A DNA stretch of 62,943 nucleotides, the filler included, from Octopus bimaculoides (Eukaryota), in assembly GCF_001194135.2 (NCBI RefSeq). It is 7 parts of 7 records of this genome, joined end to end, with 100 filler letters (N's around TTAATTAATTAA, not from the genome) between each part and the next. Parts side by side here need not be neighbours in the genome. Positions count along the whole stretch, not along the records: positions 1 to 20,379 come from NC_068985.1; 6 more parts are not named here. One strand, written 5' to 3'. The notes under the pieces are model-generated. The model ran no database searches, was not told the DNA's origin, and saw only the letters and a program-made list of their open reading frames with translations. Position 1 is the stretch's first letter. The number at the start of each line of letters is the position of its first letter. Shown here in pieces: positions 1 to 11,975 of this stretch. A program made the position numbers and the translations under genes.

Positions 1-285
1 CACTAGTCTAATCTTAAGTACTCTGTCACATACTCTAACTACCTCGATTACCTTATCAACCCATTTCTCCGCTAGAAGTATTCCTACGCCCCCGACTCCG
101 TCAGTGTTCCCTGCCCAGAAAAACTTGTACCTGTGTTCTTTGCCTGTGAGGAACCTCGCAGAACCTCCTCTCCATCTTACTTCTTGGATGCAGCACAGAT
201 CTACGCGTCGCCGTTCAAGCATCTCAACAATCTCACCAGACCTACCTTTCAGCATGCCGACATTGAGAGTGCCAATCCTGACGGG
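1..285 (-). mobile_element. RTE-clade LINE, N-terminal AP endonuclease (runs off window edge); putative 5' UTR to ~480
   Basis: Uninterrupted minus frame from 285: PVRIGTLNVGMLKGRSGEIVEMLERRRVDLCCIQEVRWRGGSARFLTGKEHRYKFFWAGNTDGVGGVGILLAEKWVDKVIEVVRVCDRVLKIRLV; GTLNV, IQE and GVGILL are APE motifs typical of RTE elements. Confidence 0.9.
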
Positions 286-764
286 CTAATGGAGCTTCGT
301 CGTGGGTTCTATTAGCATAGAGATTCCAATACGAAATGGTGGTGGAGTTGGAAAGCGAGCTGGTTATATGTTTGGGTTCGCACACGAGTCGAAGAGGAAA
401 TGGTGGAAGAAGTGGTGATTCAGAGAGAGAGAGAGAGAGATAGAATACAATAGGGAGGGAGAGGGAGAACCGGCAGCAGTACATCATGCTGGTCAAATTC
501 GTTAGGTTTTTAGAAAAAAGTTGAAAGAAACACAGCAGTGTTTAAACGTGAGATTAAATGTTTAAATCGGTAACAGAAATGAGAGTTTACGCATTTGACA
601 AGTTTGTGGAATGTTACCTTTTACACTTTATTTGTTTTAGTTATTGGACTGTGATCATGCTGGGGCATGATCTTATTTTTGTTGTTGTTGTTAAACCACC
701 ATATTACAAGGACATAAGCAAACCAGTACCAGTTATCAAACAGTCAAGAGAGACAAACACACCA

Positions 765-927
765 CAAACACACACACACACATGTACTGTATGTGTGTGT
801 ATGTATGTATGTATATTTGTACATATATATGTGTGTAGATTTTTGTATATATGTATATATGTATACATATACACACACAAACATATATATATATATATAA
901 ATGTGTGTGTGTATATGTATATATTTT

Positions 928-1014
<87 letters not shown>
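765..1014. repeat. Compound (CA)/(TA)/(TG) microsatellite
   Basis: Direct reading. Confidence 0.95.
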
Positions 1015-1018
<4 letters not shown>

Positions 1019-1406
1019 AGGCAAATAAAAAAATGCAGAGGATATACAATCGACAAGCATTAGCCACTGAACATTGAATTATATCTAATCATTAATTGAA
1101 TAGAAACATATATGTAAGTGATACATGTAAACAAATGAAATAAGGTAATAAGTAAACAGATATATGTATAGAAATAAATGAATAATAATAGATGAGTGTA
1201 GATATTAGTCTCTGTACACTCATATATTATTATTCATTTATATATATATATATATATCTGTTTACGAACTTATTGGCTTCTTTCATTCATTTACTTGTAT
1301 CTCTTACACATATGTTTGCGATCAATTAATAAATAGATATAATTGAAAGTTTACTGGTTGATGTTTGTCAATTGTATATCCTCTCCATTTTCTTATTGGC
1401 CTTATA
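1015..1406. mobile_element. ~390-bp foldback (palindromic MITE-like element)
   Basis: 1015-1200 is the reverse complement of 1215-1406 (roughly 80% identical by eye), 14-nt loop; termini TATAAGG...CCTTATA. Confidence 0.8.
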
Positions 1407-1656
1407 AATCCTGGGTAAATGTCTAATTTACCCCCACCTATACCTAGTATTCAATTGCAATATTGCCATGCAATAGTAAACACTTGGTTATAAATATGTA
1501 GGTACACATCCACTAGTATATTGGATATTTTATATCCCTTAGATGGTTTCTTAACCTCTAACTCATACAGACATCTACACACACACACACTATCTGAAAT
1601 GTATAATATTAAATACCTATCATGGCTGATCTTATCAGTCGGTTTCATATAAAGAA

Positions 1657-1800
1657 TATAATGGTGTGTTCGATAACGAACTGATTATATAATTTACGCT
1701 CATCAGAGTTAGTGAATATAGTGAAGGGATTGCTTCCATATTGGCTAACTCTGATGAGCATAAATTATATAATCAGTTTGTTACCTAACACTCCATTGTA
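1657..1800. repeat. 144-bp near-perfect hairpin (MITE-like or pre-miRNA-like)
   Basis: aactgattatataatttacgctcatcagagttag (1679-1712) pairs with ctaactctgatgagcataaattatataatcagtt (1745-1778) with 1 mismatch in 34; imperfect pairing extends outward and inward. Confidence 0.8.
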
Positions 1801-1931
1801 TTCTTTATGCATTGCCTATTGGTAAGACCAGCTGTGATGGATATTTAATACTATACATTTTGGATAACATACCCTCTCTACTGACAGATATACAAGTGCA
1901 TCTTTCCCTTGACATATGATTCCTTAGATGA

Positions 1932-1975
<44 letters not shown>

Positions 1976-2504
1976 AAAGGTAAAAAACAAAGGGAAATCA
2001 TCAAAACATAACAAGCAGGAAAAGGACGATAGCACAACAACGGCAAACAGGACAAAACAAGATACATGGATCATTCGCAACCACTTGCTTCTTCAGTTGG
2101 AGTCTGGAACGTCGACGTAGTTTCTTCCAATCCTCTTTGATACTACTTGAAGCCAGTTGGTCCAAGGGCTTAAGCTGAAGGCATTAAGCCCCTGAGAAAG
2201 GCAAACGAGTGTACATATACAAACACAAGGAAATAAACAGAAATAATCTTTCGACTATTGGTCGAACGTAACATAAGAAATAGAATTATACATATACAAT
2301 GGACAAAAGCCTTTTGGCTATACAAAAAATAAAACAAAACAAACAGTCTTTCGACTAGCAGATAGAACAAGGAAAAAAGAAATGGAAAAATCTTAACTGA
2401 TCAGGTGGCGAGACAGTACAGATGCGACTGACCTCAAAGGCGGTCAGCTGAAAAAGAACGACAATGCATACACCGGACAGTGATCATATAGTAAAGGAAG
2501 GGAA

Positions 2505-2541
<37 letters not shown>

Positions 2542-2574
2542 NNNNNNNNNNCACACACACACATGTAAATGTAT

Positions 2575-3040
2575 CATCATCATCATCATCATCATCATCA
2601 TCGTTTAACATCTATCTTTCATGCATGCATGGGTGGGACAGTTGACAGGAGCTGGCCAGATAGAAGACTAGCCCAGGCTACTGTGTCTGTGTTGGCTTGG
2701 TTTTTATGGGTGGATGCCCTTCCTAACATCAGCCACCCTGCAGAGTGAACAGTTTTTCTTTTTTTTTTTACATGGCACTAGCACAGGCAAGGTCAGTTTT
2801 AGTATAATTTTTACAGCTGGATGTCCTTCCAAATGCTGATCACTTTACTGTGTGGACTGGATGCTTTTAACATGATTCCAGAACTGGCAGGGTTACCAAG
2901 TAACTTGCAAGGCAAAGAATTTTGGAGGAAGTGATCTGGTATCAGACAATGAAAAGCTAGAGCATGACAGAGAAACAGAGAAGCTGAAACAGGTGTCTTA
3001 CTATAGAGTAGGTTTACCAAAATACAGCAGACAAGAACAT
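2575..3040 (-). mobile_element. RTE-type 3' end / RTE-tail retroposon with (GAT)n tail
   Basis: (CAT)n followed by gtttaacatc...catgggtgggacagttgac...ggatgcccttcctaac; reverse complement of the RTE 3' UTR at 7450-7625. Confidence 0.75.
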
Positions 3041-3240
3041 GCTTAGGACATCTTAGTACATCTAGTAGGACACATTCCCTTCTTTATGCATGTACCTGTT
3101 GTGACACAAACTGCACAGATTGATGTAACACAATTAGATGCACAAAATCCAACCCATAACGGACAGTTTCAGGATGGGTTGAAATGGTCGTCATACTAAA
3201 TAAAGACTAGTGCTAAATCTATCTTCCATTTTCTTCATCA

Positions 3241-3242
<2 letters not shown>

Positions 3243-3276
<34 letters not shown>

Positions 3277-3525
3277 TGTTTGACTTTTGCTTTGTATTTG
3301 TACAAGTTGACTCCAAGTCTCACCCAGAGACCTCAAGTTAGAAGTTCAAGTTGGTGTTATGCCTAGGGTGTCATATATTTGATTTTGTACATAGTATTGT
3401 TCTAGAGAATGTTTAAGGAAACATAAGAAAATTAAAATTTGTTTTAAAATTTGAGATTACATAGACAGTATTTTATGTAGGATATGGGCAGTTCCCATGA
3501 GGACTATCTTTTGAATTTCTGCCAT
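3243..3525 (-). mobile_element. R4/Dong-type (RLE) LINE 3' end with (AAT)n tail
   Basis: Minus frame AEIQKIVLMGTAHILHKILSM* resembles the R4/Dong C-terminus (LQK..LLGTA.ILRKVL); 3' UTR ends in AAT repeats. Confidence 0.7.
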
Positions 3526-4456
3526 TGGCATCTGTGCCCACACACTGAGAAAAGCTGCTTCCAGTTCCACATGAGTTGTTGACCTTGGGACCACCTAGTT
3601 TAGCTGTCTCTGGATTTCATCCCACAGGTGTTCAATTGGGTTCAAATCTGGGCTGCGAGCCAGCCATGGCTTGGTTCTGATGTTATGCTGATGCAAGAAG
3701 TCCATGGTGACCCTGGCCCTGTGGGAGGGAGCATTGTCCTGCTGGAACATGTGGCTATGGTGATGCATGAAGAAGGACATGATGTGAGGTCTTAGGATCT
3801 GGTCAATGTAGCACTGCGCTGTGATGCCATTCCCTCTGCCTGCACCATAATTTTGGAACACATGGGGTCCAATTCTCTGATTCAAGCTTATAGCACTCCA
3901 AACCATGATGCTTTGGCCACCCCACATGTTTCTCTTCGTGACACATGCATCTCTGTAGCATTGACTCCTCCTATGTCACACCATCACTCTGCCATCCGAG
4001 GTGGAAACACAGTACTGGTTCTCGTCAGAGAAGACTATCGACCTTCATTGTTGATGCCGCCAATGTTGGTGCTGTGTAGCCCACTGTAGTCATGCCTGAT
4101 GGTGGTTGGTGGTGAAGACAGGCCCTCAAGCAGGACAATAGCAATGCAGGTTGTTGTGGCCATTTGACATCGTACTGTGTCATTGCTGATGGGTCACTAT
4201 CCAGTGCCAATGGTCTCATGAGATGTCATGTTGGCTGGTATGAAGCGATCACAGAGGTGTTGCAGGTGGATGAAGTGGTCCTACTTGGGCTTGGTCACCC
4301 AGGGGCGCCCGCTGTGAGCACGGTATGCAGTGCTGTTGGTGTTGTATCGCTGTTGCAGGCGATAGATGGTGCTGACATGGACATTGTAAGCTTTTGCAGC
4401 AACCAGAGCACACTGCTGATAGCTTGTTCTCTCTGCACTGCTGATAATCAGGTCAT
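3523..4456 (-). pseudogene. Tc1 (DD34E) transposase, decayed
   Basis: N-term M-T-*-LSAVQREQAI, HTH ...AKAYNVHVSTIYRLQQRY...SGRP; catalytic FQQDNAPSH-(34 aa after D)-SPDLNPIEHLW; stops and frameshifts present. Confidence 0.92.
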
Positions 4457-4959
4457 ACTTGATGCGTCTAAATTACGAATGCCAGGAATGTGGTTCAAGT
4501 TGATTTTTATACCTATAACTTTCATAAGATGCACGTACATTTTGTTTTTCATGACAATTGTTTGTGACTGCCACCCACGGCATTCAATACAGCTGTGTTT
4601 TGCAAAACTTATTAATCTAGATACAGCCCAACATACTATTGGATTGCAGTAGTATTAGTTTTTCTCTTACTTTCAACTGGAAATTGTCACAGTTTTTAAT
4701 GTGTATGGATTTTGTTTTTATGTATCAGTTTTAGAGTATTATTAGTGATTAACGCTTATCAATTTAATTTCATGTTTGTATTCTTTAAGTGTTTATCTTA
4801 TTTATCAATTGTTTACATTTAAAATCATTCAGAATAAAAGATTATATAACAGAGCTTATCAAAAGGATTAATCAATATGAATGTATTATCATCCTAGGGA
4901 CTGTTTCCTTGGTCTTCACAGACTCTCTAATACAGGTGAGAATCATGAAGTTAATATCT

Positions 4960-5420
4960 CTCTTGAATAGCTGCAAATAGATAGTTGCAGTCAGAATAGG
5001 AGCAGGGAAAAAATTTCAAAGGGGTACTGTTCTGAGGAGGAAGAACTGGATGTAAAGATTAGCAGTTGAGGGTCACAATATTGGTGCTGAGAAGAGAGAT
5101 GAGTGAATGGAGCTGGCATGAGGTCAGACAGTTCTGAGGTGCATAGGTCATAGTAGTACTAGGATGAATGGTAAAGTAAGGAGGTAACAATCTGTGGATT
5201 AAAGGTTGATGTGTGTAGGTGAGTAATTTTAAGCTAATCAGTTGGGTGGTCTTTATATTAATGTAATTCAGGATGTCTGTATGTGTAGCAACAGCACTCA
5301 TCCCAGATGTGAGACTAACACTACATCAGAGATTCCATCTAAGCTTCATAGTTAGTACTTGTGGGTGGGAATGCCAAAGGCCAGTCTTTGTAGTGCAGTC
5401 TTTTTTATGCTTCAGATGCA
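4960..5420 (-). mobile_element. Highly degraded CR1/L2-like LINE 3' remnant
   Basis: Minus-strand fragments loosely resembling the RT C-terminal region; no intact motif. Confidence 0.3.
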
Positions 5421-5489
5421 TGTTCACCAGGTAAGATCCTTAGGGATGGAGGGAATTTGCATTTGTACCAATCTTATGGATTCTAGATG

Positions 5490-5490
5490 T

Positions 5491-5521
<31 letters not shown>

Positions 5522-5582
5522 AGCAGTGTCTTTTAACATCTGCTTTCCATGCTGGCATGGGTTGGACAGTTTGACTGAGGAC
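5490..5582 (-). mobile_element. Short RTE-tail fragment
   Basis: (CAT)n(CAG)n then ttttaacatctgctttccatgctggcatgggttggacagtttgactgagga, matching 7545-7600 in reverse. Confidence 0.75.
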
Positions 5583-6119
5583 TTGCAAATTGGGAGGCTG
5601 CATACAGGGTGCATAAGGTATTCGAGGACATACCTTTCTTGGGTCATTGCCGCATTTTTTAATTACCCCTAAATCACAAAATAAGGGAGGAAAATCTGCC
5701 CTATTTTTCAAATCCTGGCTACAACACTAAAGCTGGAAGCAGGATACTAATCTAATTCTACACTTAATCACATTCAAGAATATAAACATGTTTTTAAGTA
5801 CAACACACGTGGAGTCAAAAAGAAACACTTCCTTTCACTGGCACTGCGTGAACAACAGTGCTGTCCCTCCCTAGCATGAAGCTTCCTATCTCAGATATGT
5901 GAGCATGTGCACAACAGCCAAACACCGCATCACTGGAACTGTGAAGTACACAGTTTCATACAAGGCTTTTTGTATTTTTTTCATAAGCTAGGGGATGACT
6001 ACTGACATTAAGCTTAATGATTAAATAATGTGTAAGTATAAAGAAAGAATTAAAGAAAAAAGGACTCATTATATTGAATGTTACCGATAATATCAAGTGT
6101 AAATAGGGGGTGCTGCAGT

Positions 6120-6722
6120 TCCGAAGTGCCTATATACGAGCTGCCACTGGTCAGCAACGAATGACATGTGATTCCTCCTTACTTTTTTCCACAAGGCCTT
6201 AGGGTTAACTCTGCTGCCTACATTGAGGTCCTGGAAATAATTATTAAGCCCTGGATAGACAGTATATGCAATGGAAGGCCATATGTGTTTCAGTAAGACT
6301 CTGCACTGTCACCCATGGCTCAAATAACACAGGAATGGATGGCTGAAAATTTTCATGATCTCATAACCCCTAACATTTGGCCTCCTAATTCCCCAGATCT
6401 TAATCCAATGGACTATTACATGTGGAGTGTTGTTGAGAGAGCAGTCAAGGAACACGCCCATAATACCAAAGATTCTTTGAAAGCTGTCATAGTCAGAGTA
6501 ATGTCCAAAATGAACCAAGACCACATGACACAAGCATGTAGATGATTTAGATCTCATATAGAAGCAGTTGTTGAAGCTGAAAGTAGCTTTATTGAATAAC
6601 ATTATAGAAAAAGTTTATTCTTATCCTCAAAGCATTTTTTGATAAATAAAGTTATTATCTATTATTATTTTCTGTTTTTTTATGAATATAAATTTGCTCT
6701 CAAATATCTTACACACCCTTTA
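6120..6722 (+). mobile_element. maT/DD37D transposon, 3' half
   Basis: YIEVLEIIIKPWIDSICNGRPYVFQ*D-(37 aa)-D: DSA...WPPNSPDLNPMDYY; ends cacaccctttata (TIR-like plus TA). Confidence 0.88.
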
Positions 6723-7032
6723 TATATATATATTTACTTATTCATTTACACTCATGTATGCATATGTGTGTTTATATATGTATACATGCATGCGTTTATA
6801 TGTGCAATTTCCTCTTTGATTATCATCTGTATGATTCATAATTATATATGTAAATGTATATATATGTGTGTGTAAATATTAATATACGTATGTGTATGTA
6901 GGTATATATACGTATATACAAACATGCTATTCAACTCAATATGTAACTATTCACCTACTTGTCTATTTGCTTATTTATTTACACTTATGTATGTGTATAT
7001 GTACATGTACATGCATGCATTTATATGTAAAT

Positions 7033-7625
7033 TTGGTGAGAATGAATGAGGATAGCTGCGTGAAAAAGTGCCACTCCCTAACAGTTGAGGGAACCCGTGG
7101 AAGAGGTAGGCCCAGGAAGACCTGGGCTAAGGTGGTGAGGCAAGACCTTCGAACATTGGGCCTGACCGAGGCGATGACTACTGACCGAGACCTTTGGACA
7201 TGTGCTGTGCGTGAGAAGACCCGGCAAGCCAAGTGAAATCGTTGCCAGTGCCCCTGGACTGGCTCTTGTGTGGGTGGCACATAAGATGTACCATCCTGAG
7301 CGTGACCGTTGCTAGTACCGCCTGACTGGCCTTGTAGGGTTTTCGAGCGAGATCGTTGCCAGTGCCCCTGGACTGGCTCTTGTGCGGGTGGCACATAAAA
7401 GACACCATTTCGAGCGTGGCCGTTTTCGTGCGGGTGACACGTAAAAGCACCCACTACACTCTCTGAGTGGTTGGCGTTAGGAAGGGCATCCAGCTGTAGA
7501 AAATCTGCTAAATTAGATTGGAGCCTGGTGTAGCCATCCGGTTGCACCAGTCCTCAGTCAAATCGTCCAACCCATGCTAGCATGGAAAGCGGACGTTAAA
7601 CGATGATGATGATGATGATGATGAT
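7033..7625 (+). mobile_element. 5'-truncated RTE LINE: ORF C-terminus, internally repeated 3' UTR, (GAT)n tail
   Basis: RMNEDSCVKKCHSLTVEGTRGRGRPRKTWAKVVRQDLRTLGLTEAMTTDRDLW...* (RGRPRKTW is an RTE hallmark); UTR has ~113-bp spaced direct repeats (7239, 7352). Confidence 0.92.
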
Positions 7626-8039
7626 TTCAAAATTATCATCGCACTTACATAAATCTCACCCCTCCTATATATTTTTCTATTATAACTGCACATATCCTTA
7701 GTAACTTTTGCTCACATCTGAAATACTCACTTGACAACATTAATAACCGTCTGACTATCATTTAATAATTATTTATTTACTTTTATTTGTATTGCTTTGG
7801 TATATTTATACAGGTTGAAAACTTACAAAATCCTCTCCCTTCTAACATATTTTTCAAATACAAAAACGAAAGGAACAAAATTAAACATGCTTAATTATGT
7901 CTGTATATGTGAGTGTGAGGTATATACATATATATATATGTGTGTGGATGTAGATATGTATGTAAGAATAGACACTTGCCTATCTGTGTGTATATGTATA
8001 TGAGCATGGATTTGTATGTGGACATACACATATGTGTAG

Positions 8040-10700
8040 TGGGGCATTAACATAAACTCATAAGAGGATGTAGAAGTACACATACCAAAATATACCATAC
8101 TGCAAACAGACAGAAGAGAAAGGAGTTATAGTGGAGTTGCTGTATACATCCGTGGTGACCTCACACCCTAAGTCTTACTGCTATATTCAAATTCAGTATG
8201 TGACACTCTAATTGTATACATATGACAACACAATATAGTCATATGCAATACATATTGCTCACCGGATGCTCCAAACCACATAGGCAAGTTTGAAGATTGT
8301 TTCACAAGAATTAAATAAATCCTCATGAAACCGGAACACCATGTGAGCATATTTCTTATGGGTGATTTCAACTTCCCCAATGTGAAATGTCCCAAAGGCC
8401 TCATGCTCTCAGGAATGACTCATCGCAAACAAGCACAGGTGGAGGCCCTGCTCAACCTCATCAATGTCCTATTCATGGAGCAAGTTGTACTCAGACCAAC
8501 TAGGGTGAATAACATTTTGGATCTCTGCTTCACAAACAATATGAACATCGTTCATGATATGAAAGTGACGCTGATATTAGTCTCGGATCACAACATAATA
8601 GAGGTGTCTATGTATGGGCCAAAAGTAGCCAGAGACATACAGCCTGAAGGAAGCACCCAAAATCTCACCAATCAGAACTTCCACAAAACAGACTGGAAAT
8701 CAATCCAAAAAAAGATGCTCAGACAAGTTTGGCTGAAATGTCTCTCAGACATTGGCATGAAACTAGAATATTTCACATCTGTTATGCAAACCATATGCCA
8801 GAAATATGTTCCAGAGCACAAGGCCAACACAAAAAGGAACAAGATTCCAAGGGAGAGGAAGATCCTCATGAGACAACAGACAAAAGTTACAAATCGCCTC
8901 AATCAACATTCCAAAAGTAACAAAAGGTCCTGCCTAAAAACAACACTGATGGAGATTGAAAAAAGCCCGCAACAATCCTATGTAAGGGAAAGAGCAGACA
9001 AAGAAGCCTGGGTTATAAAAAACATTAAGTCAAACCCAAAGGCCTTCTTTCATTATGCAAATGAAACAGCCTCAGTATGCTACAAGATAGGACCCCTCTT
9101 CCAAAAGGATGGCTCCCTGACAGATAGTCCAACCAGGATCAGTGAGGTACTGAATGACCAGTTCAAAAGTGTCTTTACCACCCCGTTGGAACATAGACAA
9201 GTGAACAAACCAGTGGATTTCTTTGCCGCCTCACCTATAACCAGCGAGGCAGTTATGATGGATTGCATCAACATTAGTGAAGAAGATATTCTACTAGCCA
9301 TAGATAAGGTGGAGATCCAGAGCTTTCTTGCAAATGGTAGGTTGCCAAGCAAACTGAAGGAAGGATTAATATGTCCAATCCATAAAGGGGGAAGCAGAGC
9401 AGATGCCAAAAACAATAGGCCTATCTCTCTGACTTCACACATCAACAAAGTCATGGAATGTATAGTCAGAGGGAAACTAATCACATTCCTTGAAAACCAC
9501 TTGCTGAGTGATACTCAGCATGGCTTTCGACCAGATAGAAGTTGCCTGACTCAGCTCTTGCAGCACTATGACTGGGTGTTGAGGCAGTTACTCAACAACT
9601 CAAATGTGAATGTAATATACCTTAACTTTGCAAAAGCTTTTGATAAAGTCGATCATGGTGTGATATGCCACAAACTGCGTGATATTGACATAGCTGGAAA
9701 ACTTGGAGAGTGGTTACATGACTTTCTGAAAGATAGAAGTCAGGCAGAAGTGGCCAATGGAGCCACCTCAATGAAAACAAATAGTGAGTGGTGTTCCACA
9801 GGGCACTGTCTTGGGACCACTGCTTATCATAGTGGTCCTCTCAAATATGTCCTCAAGTGCCCGGATAGCCACCATTGCTAGCTACACAGACGATACGAAA
9901 GTCTCGCAGAAAATACAGAACTCCAGCGATGTTGCACACCTGCAGCAGGAATTAGACTCAATTTACAGATTGGCTGAGGATAATAATATGCAGTTTAATG
10001 CTGAAAAATTCCAAGCCCTGTGCTACCAGCATCCAAAACTGAATATAAAATTTACAGGGTCCACTGGTCCACAGGGGATTACAATCCCAGAGCCTAAATC
10101 AGTGAGGGACTTGGGTATTGATATGTGTAATGATACTTCTTTCCAAGTGCACATTACCAGGATGGCGACAAAATGTAGACGACTGGCTGGATGGATCCTG
10201 AGAATGTTCAGAACCAGAGAAAAGGAAGCCATGATGGTCCTCTGGAGGAATTCATCCTCAGCCACCTGGATTACAGCTCCCAGCTATGGTCACCCAACAG
10301 TGTGAAATTTACAGCGGACCTTGAAGCAATCCAGCAAAGCTTCACAAAGAAGATCGTCTCATTGCAACAGCTCAGCTACTGGGAAAGGCTGAAATAGCTA
10401 CGACTCTACTCTCTGGAGTGAAGGCAGGAGAGATATGCAGTAATATACATCTGGAAGATCCTGGAAGGAATTGTACCAAATTTTGGCATTGAAAGCTACA
10501 CTAATACCAGAACGGGTTGACACTGCACAGTGCCAAAGATCCCAGTAACGCCATCATGCTTCAGGACCAGTTACTGTAACAGCCTGGGTTTCAGGGACCC
10601 ACAGCTTTTTCATATTATTCTAAAGAACCTGAGGGACCGACACAAAGTGGATGTAGGTGTTTTCAAATCAAAACTGGACCTTTTCCTGTCGAGAGTTCCA
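8040..10700 (+). mobile_element. CR1-group LINE ORF2 (APE plus RT), pseudogenised
   Basis: GVAVYI, MGDFNFP, LDL, SDHN (endonuclease); RPISLTS, QHGFR..RSC, NFAKAFDKVDH, SGVPQGTVLGP, YTDD (RT; YADD mutated); frameshift near 9780, in-frame internal deletion near 9310, stops. Confidence 0.95.
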
Positions 10701-10822
10701 TTCAGAACAGGTTTGAACATTTTAATAAACCGTTTTTCTTTTATCTTTCTTCCAACCTCACTTGTGTCATGTAGATTGTGGAAAGGAAAACTTTCTTCTA
10801 ACTCTTCCAAATCTTTCTGCTA
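10700..10822 (-). mobile_element. Possible Penelope-like GIY-YIG C-terminal fragment
   Basis: QKDLEELEESFPFHNLHDTSEVGRKIKEKRFIKMFKPVLN resembles the PLE endonuclease end (FPFY...R..KE..FI..FKP.LN); short match only. Confidence 0.35.
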
Positions 10823-10911
10823 AAACTGTATTGAAACCATTTGTGGGGAATTTTCTTTTTTATTAGATACATCTTTGCTTAATGACACAGAAAATAAAGT
10901 ATGAACAAGTA

Positions 10912-11975
10912 AAACTTATTCTGAAGCTCCATCTCATTCTTGAACTTATTCTGAAGCTCCATCTCATTCTTAAACTTATTCTGAAGTTCCATCTCATTCT
11001 TAAACTTATTCTGAAGCTCCATCTCATTCTTAAACTCATTCTGAAGCTCCATCTCATTCTTAAACTTATTCTGAAGCTCAATCTCATACTTGAACTTATT
11101 CTGAAGTTCCATCTCATTCTTAAACTTATTCTGAAGCTCCATCTCATTCTTGAACTTATTCTGAAGCTCAATCTCATTCTTAAACTTATTCTGAAGCTCC
11201 ATCTCATTCTTAAACTTATTCTGAAGCTCCATCTCATTNNNNNNNNNNNNNNNNNNNNNNNNNNNNNNNNNNNNNNNNNNNNNNNNNNNNNNNNNNNNNN
11301 NNNNNNNNNNNNNNNNNNNNNNNNNNNNNNNNNNNNNNNNNNNNNNNNNNNNNNNNNNNNNNNNNNNNNNNNNNNNNNNNNNNNNNNNNNNNNNNNNNNN
11401 NNNNNNNNNNNNNNNNNNNNNNNNNNNNNNNNNNNNNNNNNNNNNNNNNNNNNNNNNNNNNNNNNNNNNNNNNNNNNNNNNNNNNNNNNNNNNNNNNNNN
11501 NNNNNNNNNNNNNNNNNNNNNNNNNNNNNNNNNNNNNNNNNNNNNNNNNNNNNNNNNNNNNNNNNNNNNNNNNNNNNNNNNNNNNNNNNNNNNNNNNNNN
11601 NNNNNNNNNNNNNNNNNNNNNNNNNNNNNNNNNNNNNNNNNNNNNNNNNNNNNNNNNNNNNNNNNNNNNNNNNNNNNNNNNNNNNNNNNNNNNNNNNNNN
11701 NNNNNNNNNNNNNNNNNNNNNNNNNNNNNNNNNTTCTTAAACTTATTCTGAAGCTCCATCTCATTCTTAAACTTATTCTGAAGCTCCATCTCATTCTTAA
11801 ACTTATTCTGAAGCTCAATCTCATTCTTAAACTTATTCTGAAGCTCCATCTCATTCTTAAACTTATTCTGAAGCTCTATCTCATTCTTAAACTTATTCTG
11901 AAGCTCCATCTCATTCTTAAACTTATTCTGAAGCTCCATCTCATTCTTAAACTTATTCTGAAGCTCCATCTCATT
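10912..11975. repeat. 30-bp tandem minisatellite (aaacttattctgaagctccatctcattctt)n spanning a gap
   Basis: About 11 units before and 8 after the N gap; few variants. Confidence 0.97.

Noticed and set aside
10912-11975. CRISPR-like appearance of the 30-bp repeat
   Set aside because: Units are contiguous with no unique spacers; eukaryotic context, no cas genes.
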